This document shows positions 40,298-51,735 of a stretch of DNA of 64,000 nucleotides, piece by piece; within the stretch, counting starts at the first letter, position 1, and each line of letters begins with the position of its first letter. This DNA is from Camelus dromedarius (taxonomy: Eukaryota). Location of the stretch: NCBI RefSeq assembly GCF_036321535.1, contig NC_087436.1:54438001-54502000 (forward strand), given 5' to 3'. The position numbers and the translations under genes are program-made. The notes under the pieces are model-generated. The model saw only the letters and a list, made by a program, of their open reading frames with translations. It ran no database searches and was not told where the DNA came from.

Positions 40298-43200
40298 TTA
40301 GATTCCACATATGAGCGATCTCATATGGTATTTTTCTTTCTCTTTCTGGCTTACTTCACTTAGAATGACATTCTCCAGGAGCATCCATGTTGCTGCAAAT
40401 GGCATTATGTTGTCGGTTTTTATGGCTGAGTAGTATTCCATTGTATAAATATACCACTTCTTCTTTATCCAGTCACCTGTTGATGGACAATTAGGCTGTC
40501 TCCATGTTTTGGCTATTGTAAATAGTGCTGCTATGAACATTGGGGTGCAGGTGTCATCCTGAAGTAGATTTCCTTCTGGATACAAGCCCAGGAGTGGGAT
40601 TCCTGGGTCACATGGTAAGTCTATTCCTAGTCTTTTGAAGAATCTCCACACTGTTTTCCATACTGGCTGCACCAAACTGCATTCCCACCAGCAGCGTAGG
40701 AGGGTTCCCCTTTCTCCACAGCCTCTCCAGCATTTGTCATTTGTAGATTTTTGAATGAGGGCCATTCTGACTGGTGTGAGGTGATACCTCATTGTAGTTT
40801 TGATTTGCATTTCTCTGATAATTAGTGATATGGAGCATTTTTTCATGTGCTTTTTGATCATTTGTATGTCTTCCTTGGAGAATTGCTTGTTTAGGTCTTC
40901 TGCCCATTTTTGGATTGGGTTGTTTATTTTTTTCTTATTGAGTCGTATGAGCTGCTTATATATTCTGGAGATCAAGCCTTTGTCGGTTTCACTTGCAAAA
41001 ATTTTCTCCCATTCCGTAGGTTTTCTTCTTGTTTTACTTCTGGTTTCCTTTGCTGTGCAGAAGCTTGTAAGTTTCATTAGGTCCCATTTGTTTATTCTTG
41101 CTTTTATTTCTTCTAGGAGAAAATTTTTGAAATGTATGTCAGATAATGTTTTGCCTATGTTTTCCTCTAGGAGATTTATTGTATCTTGTCTTATGTTTAA
41201 GTCTTTAATCCATTTTGAGTTGATTTTTGTATATGGTGTAAGGGAGTGTTCTAGCTTCATTGTTTTACATGCTGCTGTCCAGTTTTCCCAACACCATTTG
41301 CTGAAGAGATTGTCTTTATTCCATTGTATATTCTTGCCTCCTTTGTCGAAGATGAGTTGACCAAAAGTTTGCGGATTCATTTCTGGGCTCTCTATTCTGT
41401 TCCATTGGTCTATATGTCTGTTTTGGTACCAATACCATGCTGTCTTGATGACTGTAGCTCTATAGTATTGTCTGAAGTCTGGGAGAGTTATTCCTCCAGC
41501 CTCTTTCTTTCTCTTCAGTAATGCTTTGGCAATTCTAGGTCTTTGATGTTTCCATATAAACTTTATTATGATTTGTTCTAGTTCTGTGAAATATGTCCTG
41601 GGTAATTGGATAGGGATTGCATTAAATCTGTAGATTGCCTTGGGCAGTGTGACCATTTTAACAATATTGATTCTTCCAATCCAAGAGCATGGAATATCTT
41701 TCCATTTTTTAAAGTCTTCTTTAATTTCCTTCATCAGTGGTTTATAGTTTTCTGTGTATAATTCTATCACCTCCTTGGTTAGATTTATTCCCAGATATTT
41801 TATTACTTTGGGTGCTATTTTAAAGGGGATAGTTTCTTTACTTTCTTCTTCTGTTGATTTATCGTTAGTGTAAAGAAATGCAACTGATTTTTGAACGTTA
41901 ATTTTGTAACCTGCTACCTTGCTGAATTCTTCAATCAGCTCTAGTAGCTTTTGTGTGGACCTTTTAGGGTTTTCTATATATAGTAACATGTCATCAGCAT
42001 ATAATGACACTTTTACCTCTTCTTTTCCAATTTGGATCCCTTTTATTTCTTTCTCTTGCCTGACTGCTGTGGCTAGGACTTCCAGGACTATGTTGAATAG
42101 GAGTGGTGATAGTGGGCATCCTTGTCTTATCCCAGGTTTTAGTGGGAAGCTTTTGAGTTTTTCACCGTTGAGTACTATGCTGGCTGTAGGTTTGTCATAT
42201 ACAGCTTTTATTATGTTGAGATATGTTCCCTCTATACCCACTTTGGCGAGAGTTTTTATCATAAATGGGTGTTGAATTTTATCAAATTCTTTTTCTGCAT
42301 CGATTGAGATGATCATGTGGTTTTTGTCCTTTCTCTTGTTGATGTGATGTATTACATTGATTGATTTGCGTATGTGGAACCAGCCTTGTGTCCCTGGGAT
42401 GAACCCCACTTGGTCATGATGTATAATCTTTTTTATGTGTTGTTGGATTCTATTTGCTAAAATTTTGGTGAGGATTTTGGCATCTATGTTCATCAGTGAT
42501 ATTGGCCTATAATTCTCTTTTTTTGTAGTGTCTTTGCCTGGTTTTGGTATCAGGGTGATGGTGGCTTCATAGAATGAGTTTGGGAGTATTCCCTCCTTTT
42601 CAATCGTCTGGAAGAGTTTGAGAAGGACTGGTATGAGTTCTTTGTATGTTTGGTAGAATTCCCTGGTGAAGCTGTCTGGTCCTGGACTTTTATTTGTAGG
42701 GAGGTTTTTAATTGCTATTTCTATTTCCTTTCTAGTGATCGGATTGTTCAAGTGTTCAGATTCTTCTTGATTCAGTTTTGGTGGACAGTATGTTTCCAGA
42801 AACTTGTCCATCTCCTCTAGGTTATCCAATTTGGTTCCATATAGTTTTTCATAATATTCTCGTATGATATTCTGTATTTCTATTTTGTTTGTTGTAATTT
42901 CTCCATTTTCCTTTCTTATTTTGCTAATTTGTGCTCTCTCTTTTTTCTTCTTTGTGAGTTTGGCCAGAGGTTTGTAGATTTTATTTACTTTTTCAAAAAA
43001 CCAGCTTTTGGTTTGGTTGATTTTTTCTATGGTCTTGTTAATCTCTATTGTATTTAATTCCTCTCTGATCTTTATTATTTCCTTCCTTCTGCTGCTTTTT
43101 GGGGCTTTTTGTTCTTCTTTTTCTAATTCATTCAGGTGGTGGGTTAAATTGTTTATTTGAGATTGTTGTTCTTTTTTGAGGAAGGCCTGTATCGCTATAA

Positions 43201-44093
43201 ACTTCCCTCTTAGCACTGCCTTTGCTGTGTCCCATAGGTTTTGAGTGGTTGTGCTTTCATTATCATTTGTCTCAAGGTATTTTTTAATTTCAGCTTTGAT
43301 TTCCTCATTGATCCATTGTTTTTTCAATAACATATTGTTTAATCTCCATGCTTTCCTTATTTTCTGCTTTGTTTCTCTGTTGTTGATTTCCAGTTTCATG
43401 GCATTGTGGTCAGTAAAGATGCTTGAGATAATTTCTATCTTCTTAAAATTGTTGAGGTTTCTTTTGTGCCCAAGTACATGATTGATCCTGGAAAATGTTC
43501 CATGTGCACTTGGAAAGAATGTATATCCTATTTTTGGGGGGTGTAATGCTCTGAAAATATCCATCAAATCTAGTTTTTCTATTGTAGTATTTAATTTCTC
43601 TGTTGCCTTGTTTATTTTCTGTCTGGAAGATCTGTCTAGTGATGTTAATGCAGTGTTAAAATCTCCAACTATGATTGTATTCCCATCAATATCCCCCTTT
43701 ATCTCTGTTAGTAATTCTTGTATGTACTTAGGTGCTTCTATATTGGGTGCATATATATTAACGAGTGTAATATCCTCATCTTGTATCACTCCTTTAATCA
43801 TTATAAAATGTCCTTCTTTATCTTTCTTTATGGCCTTTGTTTTAAAGTCTGTTTTGTCTGAAATCAGTACTGCAACACCTGCTTTTTTGGCTTTTCCATT
43901 TGCATGGAATATCCTTTTCCATCCTTTCACTCTCAATCTGTATGTGTCCTTCTCCCTAAAGTAGGTCTCTTGTATGCAGCATATTGAAGGTTCTTGCTTT
44001 TATTATCCAGTCTGCTACTCTGTGTCTTTTGACTGGAGCATTTAGTCCATTAACATTTACAGTAATTAATGATAGATGTATGTTTATTGCCAT
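40298..44093 (-). pseudogene. ORF2: L1 ORF2 (APE endonuclease, reverse transcriptase, Cys-rich end), frameshifted near codon 32
   Basis: ATG at 44093 (MAINIHLSLITVNVNGLNAP...); one extra base in the T4 run at 43998-44001; downstream frame open to 40298 with QET, GDFN, TDHN and YADD; 1264 aa if corrected. Confidence 0.93.
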
Positions 44094-44495
44094 TTTGAAC
44101 TTATCTTTGCAGTTGAATTGGTATATACTCTTTGTTACTTTCTTCTTCCTTTTGTGGTTTGGTAATTTTCCTTTGTATTTTCATGGATTTTATTTAATTT
44201 TTGTGACTCCTTTGTAAATTTTTGGCTTGTGGTTGCCCTTTTTTGTAAATGTATTAACCCATTACTATAACTGTTTTTATTAAACTGATAGTAACATGAT
44301 CTCAAACCCATCCTACTGTTAAAAAAATTTAAAAAAGAAAAAAAAATATTCTATATTTCCCTGCCTCCCTCTCCCACTCTCAGTGATTTGTATGTCTTCT
44401 TTTATAATTTCTTGTTTACTTTATTTGTAATTCATGAGTTATCACCTTTCCAGTTGTGTGTTTCTCATTTCTGTAGCATCCTGCTGCTTTTCTAT

Positions 44496-45401
44496 TTAGA
44501 ATAGCCCTTTCAATATTTCTTTTAGCATGGGTTTAGTGTTGCTAAACTCCTGCAGCTTTTTTTTTTTGTCTGTGAAACTCTTTATTTCTCCTTCTATCCT
44601 AAAGGATAGCCTTGCTGGATAAAGGATCCTAGGCTGCATCTTTTTTTCATTCAGGGCTTTGAATATATCTTGCCACTCCCTTCTGGCCTGTAGTGTTTGT
44701 GTAGAGAAATCAGCTGAGAGCCTTATGGGGGTTTCCTTGTAACTTACTCTTTGCTTTTCTCTTGCTGCCTTTAGAATCATTTCTTTATCCTTGACTCTGG
44801 CCATCTTGATTATGATGTGTCTTGGTGTGGGTCTATTTGGGTTCTTCCTGTTTGGGACCCTCTGAGCTACCTGTACTTGGATATCTGATTCCTTCTTTAA
44901 GTTTGGGAAGTTTTCAGTCATGATTTTTTCAAAAACCTTTTCAATCCCCTTTGATCTTTCTTCTCCTTCTGGGACCCCTATTATGCGAAGATTGGGACGC
45001 TTTATATTATCCCATAGGTCCCTTATGCTATTTTCATTATTTTTTATTTGCTTATCTTGTAGTTCTTCTGAATGGGTGCTTTCTATCGCCCTGTCTTCTA
45101 GATCACTAATTCGTTCCTCTGCATTATCTAGTCGGCTTTGCACAGCTATTAGATCATTCCTCATCTCTGTCAATGAGTTTACCCATTCTACTTGGCTCTT
45201 CTTTATAGCTTCAGTTTCATTTTTGACATATTTTATATCTCTAAACACTATCTCTTTTAATTCCTTCAGCAATTCGATCACTCGTTTTTTGAAATCTTGA
45301 TCTAGTAGGCTATCGATGTCTATTTCGTTGATCTTTCTTTCAGGGGATTTCTCTTGTTCTTTTAATTGGGAAAGGTTTTTCTGCTTCTTCATCTTGCTCA
45401 T
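44496..45401 (-). CDS. ORF1: L1 ORF1p nucleic-acid chaperone (301 aa)
   Basis: Coiled-coil heptads and conserved RPNLRIIGVPE, TPRHII, REKQ, ARREW, LYPARLSF motifs; open frame. Confidence 0.95.
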   Translation of the reverse strand: MSKMKKQKNLSQLKEQEKSPERKINEIDIDSLLDQDFKKRVIELLKELKEIVFRDIKYVKNETEAIKKSQVEWVNSLTEMRNDLIAVQSRLDNAEERISDLEDRAIESTHSEELQDKQIKNNENSIRDLWDNIKRPNLRIIGVPEGEERSKGIEKVFEKIMTENFPNLKKESDIQVQVAQRVPNRKNPNRPTPRHIIIKMARVKDKEMILKAAREKQRVSYKETPIRLSADFSTQTLQARREWQDIFKALNEKKMQPRILYPARLSFRIEGEIKSFTDKKKKLQEFSNTKPMLKEILKGLF

Positions 45402-45879
45402 ACCTCTTTGGCACTGTGGTTTATGGAGTATCAGTTGTTTATTTTGGTCCTTAAGGATTTTATCTATCTAATGCCTATTTAGGAATAGAACTTAGGAAAA
45501 AAAGAAAAAAAAATAAGGGAGAGAGAAAGAATTTTAAAAGAAGGGAGAAAGAGGGTTTGAAAACAGTGTATAATGAATAATAGAAGAGCGAGTTGAAGCA
45601 GAGTATTAATCAGGTTGAGACGTCCTTCTAAAACCTTTACAAAAAAAGGGGGGGGGGGAGATGAATAGATGTATTTGAAACCTGTGTCTAATCAGTAACA
45701 GGACATCAAAACCCAAGAGAAATAGAAATGAATTAAGAAGTAAAAATTAAGAGAGTAATAGAAAATAGAACAGGTAAAAACAGATTTAAAAAAGGGGGGG
45801 GGGGTTGTCGGTGTTCTCCTGGAGTCTGTGTGCTTTTAATGTGAAGTCTTTCTGTCTTCGTCCTGTTTTGGAAGCTCAG

Positions 45880-47069
45880 CTTGGTGTTTTCAGAGGCCCT
45901 CCGTTGGCGCCCTCTTCTGTGCTGCTCCCAGCACCTGTCGGCAAGCAGATAGCGCCTCCTCCTAACACTGGGTCAGGTGCAGCTCTCCTCTGCTGTGGGC
46001 GGGCGGGTCGCTGCCCCTCCGGATGCCGCAGTCAGATGTTGCAGACTGGCCGGGTAGGCGTGCGGGTCGTGCCCCCTCCCAGCACCTTGGTCAGGTCTGT
46101 GTTCCTGCCCGAAAGGCGGGGGCCGCTCTCCCTCTACCTGCGCCACCGGTAGCTCCGCTGCTGTGTGCTGCTGCGCGCTCCTCCCTGGTCGGCGCTCTGC
46201 AGGTGGGCTCGGGTAAGACCGAGGGACAGCCCTGTCCCTGCTCCGAGCCAGAACCCAGCTCCTTGTTTGTCTTTGTGGAGCAAGTTCTCTGAGGGACCAG
46301 GATGGAAGGATCCTATCTGCCCCGGGCTGCAGGCCAGACTCAGTCTGGCCTTTGAGGCTGCTAAGCCCTTCGGTGGGGATGCGGGTTTCGGTTTCGTCCC
46401 CGCCCCCTAAGCGCCGGAGGATATGGCGGCTGTGCCTGAGCCCCGCCTCTCTTCCCCCGAAAACTTTCCGCGCGTTTTCAGAGATGGGGGTGTGCACCCT
46501 TCCCCCGAGAGCACATCAACCTTGCTGTTTTATGGAGGGCCCAGGTTGATCTGCCCTGTGCACCCACAGTCACGGCGCGCAGCCCCTTGCGTTCCCCCGG
46601 GGCTGCCTCCGTGCAGCCGCCCCCGTCCTCTGTCCGGGTTGTGCAGCCTGGCCCTGCCCGCCGCTGCCGGCTGTGTCTCAGGCTGGGTGTGGGGGGACGC
46701 TCTGTGCCCGTTTAACTTAGTTCTGTCAGTCAAGGGCTGCTCTGTACAGATCTGAGCCTTGGAGGCTCCCCCTCAGTCCCTCTGGCCTCTCAGTTGGAGA
46801 AGGGAGACCCAGCGAACGAGCACCAGTCCTCCTTTGCCGCTCCCTCCCCGCGGGACCCGTCCCGCGCTGCTTTGCCTTTTGTTATTTCTTTTTTCCTTTT
46901 CTCCTACCAGATTTTTGGCGTCTTTATCTTTTGAAGAGGGCGATGTTCTGTCGGAGTTCTGCAGGTGCTCTGGTTGGCTGAGTGGGTCTGTAGATGTGGG
47001 TCTTGGTGTATTTGTGGGAGAGGGTGACCTGCGAGCGTCCTTCTACTCCGCCATCTTCTCTGTCTTTCC
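45880..47069 (-). promoter_or_regulatory. L1 internal promoter / CpG island with 5' YY1 site
   Basis: Sharp GC/CpG enrichment; AAGATGGCGG (47057-47048) about 12 nt from the element 5' end, where human L1 carries its YY1 site. Confidence 0.8.
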
Positions 47070-49129
47070 CTGTGTGTCTTGTTATTACTACCTACGTGGC
47101 ATATCCTCTCTCTGATTCTCCAGTCAGTGAGAGAAAAAGGGAGTAAGTGCAAAAGATATTTTGGTGGCTGGAGTTATCTCTCCTTTACCTCTAAATAATC
47201 TCTATCCAACCTACTAAGACCATGTAATTTAAGCATATAATATAAGTTAAAGTTTGCAATGCAAATGAATCTTCCAGAAAAATTATCCTTGCAATTCCTG
47301 TGAAATCTTTGTCCCTTTTACTTATTCTAGAGATGTCACTGGTTCTGATTCCTAAAATTAAATTACCCACAAGAACAAATCATTTCCAATCTGAAACCTA
47401 GTTTTTTCGTATGATATCAGGTCAGAAAATTAAGTCATATTTTTAATTCAATTAATGGGTATGTACTTTGCTTTTCTTATCCCTGATATGGGGATAATGA
47501 TAATTTTTCCTGCATTTTATTTATTCATTTGTGCACCTATTTAATACCAGGTATTGGGGCTACAGCTTTGAACAAAATGGGTCAAAAATCCTTGCCTTCC
47601 TGAACCTTCCATTCTACAAGAGGGATTAAACTTAATTTAATGTATATTTAAATTCATATACATTTATTTAAGTTAAATATTTAAGCTAAGATAGTGTGTA
47701 CATTGTATCTAAATAATCCTGTTCTTCACTGTCTGTTACAATATGAACATGAAATAATTTGTCTAGTAAGCTTTATAAACCAATATATTAAAAATAATAT
47801 AAAATTAACTTTTTTTAATCTGAGGAAATCTGATAGGACTTATTCATTGTACTTACAATGTTTTCAAGCTTCATACATTTAAAGTAGTATGCCCCTTCTT
47901 ATCCTGCAAACAAGATCACTCTTGCTCATTTTATAATTTAATAAGTTTTCAGAGGATGCACATATGAATTAGTGTAAGCTGATCAAGCTTTTGCTAAGAA
48001 ATGATTCTTGGGAAAGTAACTTCTGTTATTGTACAAACTTATTTTTATTTTTTGAAAGAATTTAGGGGTAACACGTAGTTAAGCCTAGCTAGCAAATTCT
48101 ATTCTCTAAGCCATACTTTTATCACCACTAGTGATGTTTCTGACAAACAACAAATTAAATAAATCAGTCCTCGTTCAATCTGTGCACAGGAATAAATGGA
48201 GTAGAAATAAATCAATAATGCCAAATAGAAAAGGACAAGAACAATAATAAAAATGATTTCCTAGTCCCCAAGAGAATGCACAAATAACAGAAAGGGAACC
48301 GTAAAGTATGGCTCTAAAGCCCTCTTTTGCTTAGATAGGTGGAAAATCATGTTATTTCTCAAAATTTGTTATGGATAGTTAGTACTCTATTGCTAACTTT
48401 ACCTGTGAAAACAGGGCTACAGAAATCAGAGCCTTAGTAAGAAAAGAAAAGAAAAAGTTAGGAAAGTATTGATCTCATTCTTTTCCTTGCTAAGTAAGTT
48501 ATGTTACTTAATAGATATTTTTCTTTCTGATCTCACTAAAAGAATATAGGAAATATTGTGGAATTTGACCAAAGACAAAACCTTGAATGGGTATGTTAAT
48601 CATCGTGACTTTTTAAAGTAACTTCTTATTTCTCTCTGACTTTTCAGAATCTCTCATCTTTATTTTATCCTCTGTTAAAACTGCACGTAAAGTGGGATGA
48701 TTTTATCTTACTACTGAAGGATGTTAAATATCTTTTATTTTTGCCAGCTTAATGGTACAAAGCGTATCATTCTGTAACTCACTAGCTATTCCAACATTTC
48801 ATTTATTTCTAGCCACAAACAATTGAGGTGTCTATAAAATATAGTTTATTTACCAAATGCTGTGCCATGGTAAGGCTAGGGATTTTAAAGATACTATTAC
48901 TAAAATAGTGAACAAGAAAGAAGAGTATATGAGGCAATTTTATTATACCAAAGAATTTACCAATATATTACCAAATCAGAGATGAATTATATATAAAAAC
49001 ACACACACCACACACATTCATTTTACACTAGTTCACAATCCTTGATATTGCATTTTATGTCACCATCATTACCAGCAATAAGCAGTTTATTAATTGTAGC
49101 TATAAGCTCAGTCAGGCCGAGACGCAGCT

Positions 49130-49625
49130 CTTGGTTTTTAAATGTCCTTTTCCTATAAAATAAACCAGAGCTCCTTGGAAAAACGATTCATTCTAGTACT
49201 GGGGCAAAGAAAATACAGCATGAATCTAGAACATCTTATAGTGATAGAAAGTTAAAAAGTAAGAAAGTGCTGGAAAAAAATCAAAAGGGTAGGGTTATCC
49301 CAATGGCCAAAGCTGGGACAATTTAAGCAATAAAACAAATACACATTGGATTATAACTGAAAGTATAAAATTAATATATATGTGTCCAGACTGACACAGA
49401 ATAGTGATTGAATAAGTGAGGAAGGAGAGACAAATCTTTATTTAGAAAAATTTTAAATAATTTATGTAAGTACCCCATACTCCAAGAGGTAAAATACAAC
49501 CCTTCTCTCCCCAACCTCCCACACTTGAGTGTTGGCTGGACCTAGTGACTCACTTCCAAAGAATAAAGTATAGAAAGGGAAAAAACAGTAATTTTATAGT
49601 GCAGAAATTGGCAAACACTACCCTC
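49130..49625 (+). mobile_element. Ancient L1MC/L1MD-type 3' UTR fragment
   Basis: aaaataaaccagagctccttggaaaa...ggccaaagctgggacaatt...ctagtgactcacttccaaagaata. Confidence 0.6.
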
Positions 49626-51613
49626 CTGCTCTCACTGATTGGGTATGTCATTGTGTAAACAGGAATTAATTTTAGGATAATTTGAAGCAATTGTGAAAAC
49701 TGTAGCCCCGACAGTATGCACTCTTCTCTTGGTTATTCTTGCCTTCATCTTGCATTGCTACTGACTTCTATCTGGGGAGTAATTTGTTAATTCCAGTCCA
49801 GTTTTGTCATAGAATCTGTTGACTATTAGATTTGTAGTCCCAGTTGTAGGAATAGAGGGTAACAGAGAATGGCTTTGAGCTGCTTAGAAAACTGTCCTAC
49901 TCATTAAACAATGACTTACTTTGCTTCACTTGATGGTACCATGTCTCTGAGGTAAGAATATGCATTAAGGTTTGATAGACATAATTTATTACCTTCTCCT
50001 GAATGATTCTGTTTAATGGCTTCATCTAACCTTTACTTACTGGAAATTCCATCTGGAGTCAGGCAGGTGCTTGGCTCTTTATCCTGATTTTCACAGCTTT
50101 GGTGGCTTTGTTTTTTCCTAGTTTTTAATATCTTTCTGTGGGAAAATTGAAGCAGAAAAATCAGGAACTCCTAGCTAGCCAAAATTTTAACCTAAACCTC
50201 ATCAGGAAAGTATTTTTTTTTCTAATGGATGGGGATTTTCTTGGCAATCTGTAAGTAGTCCTAATATATATGTATGTATATATATAACATGGATAATAAA
50301 TGTATATGTTTTACATGTATATTTTTCAGTGATCATAAATCAAGAGGGGAAAAATTATTTATGATGTTTAATATAAACCCACTTAGGTGCAGAAGACAAA
50401 CATTTAGTTATGAAATGAATTCAGGATGTACATAAGATTAATTTAAATGTAAATTCTAATGTGATATAATCTGAATTTTATTTCTCATCCTGTAAATTTT
50501 TAGAGATCCCTTGATAGAACAAAAAAGTTTAATTTTAATTTAGAAAAATATTGAACTCATAAATAATTCTATTAAATTCACTTTGTATAAGTCATTACAA
50601 ACACTTCACTAGATCGCTGCCACGTAGAAGAAAGACCATAGGAGCAGCGTATAATGATATTCTTTCTTTCACTTACTAACTCTAGAACTTTTAATTTCAA
50701 GCATCTAGTTACTTAACCAATACACTCACGACGTTAGGATGATACTTATCCTGGTGGACATTTGCTGCTTTTGTCTATCTTTCACTTCTTCCACCTTTCT
50801 CGTGGTGACAGAGCCCCTTTTCCTGAATAAATGGGAAACGATGCATGCCTGGTCAGAGTACTGTAGTCCTTTATGCAGAGTGATGGAGGAAGACCAAAAG
50901 ACTCAGAAGGGCGTATCAGACGCTGCCCTGGGAATTTCCTGTCCACAGTATTAAGGAATATTGCCTCTTTTCAGTGGCTCGTAGGTCAACTTTATAAAAT
51001 GTACATGTAACTGATCTGCTTAGTAAACACATTGAGTTGATTTTGTTCTTTGCTTTTCCTTTAAACTTTTAATTAGGGGCAATATTTCCTGGCCCTTGGT
51101 TTAAAAACTGAAGCAGGCTCATGATTTTTCTGCCCACTTTAAAAAACTAGACAGAATGCTATATTATGGAAATTTTATCCTGAAAGAAGTCTCAAACAAG
51201 AAATTAAAACATCCCAGTCTCATTTATAATCCCAGAACTGTGAAATTCAGTTGGCTGCCGTTGTTCCTCCCTCCTTGCTCCAGCTTGAACCTGCTGTGTG
51301 AATGAGGATGTAGTGTGGTTGACGTCTCTTTTTCTTAGATTTTAAGCTGCTTTTTCCTTCTCCTGCCTCCACGTTTTAGCTGTGGCTTTAGACTTCACAG
51401 AGGTAGGAAATGGAGAAGAAAAAAAAAAGTTGAGTTAAATAATTCTTATCTGAACTGGATAATAAGTTGACTTCAAGCCCTCTAGGATGACTTCAAGCCC
51501 TCACCATTTGTAAAGCTGAATCTCATGGACACTTTTGCGGGGACCAGGAGTTCTCTCTCGGACCTCTCTCTTTGTTTTCTTCATCCAGGCAGATAGATAC
51601 CTGTTTCGAGTGA

Positions 51614-51735
51614 CCCATACTCCAAGAGATAAAATACAACCCTTCTCTCCCCAACCTCCCACACTTGAGTGTTGGCTGGACCTAGTGACTCACTTCCAAA
51701 GAATAAAGTATAGAAAGGGAAAAAACAGTAATTTT
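51614..51735 (+). repeat. 122-bp dispersed duplicate of 49474-49595
   Basis: Direct comparison: 121/122 identical (49489 g vs 51629 a), offset 2140 bp. Confidence 0.95.

Larger units (their letters stand above)
39940..47069 (-). mobile_element. Full-length young LINE-1 (about 7.13 kb)
   Basis: CpG-rich 5'UTR, ORF1, 402-nt spacer, ORF2, 3'UTR, poly(A); TSD ctgtgtgtctt at 39929-39939 and 47070-47080. Confidence 0.97.

Noticed and set aside
40016..45300. Several 65-186 aa + strand ORFs
   Set aside because: They are antisense shadows of L1 ORF1, ORF2 and the 3'UTR, a known artefact.
45973..46497. 174-aa sense ORF in the L1 5'UTR
   Set aside because: Non-ATG start in GC-rich sequence where stops are rare; no domain similarity recognised.
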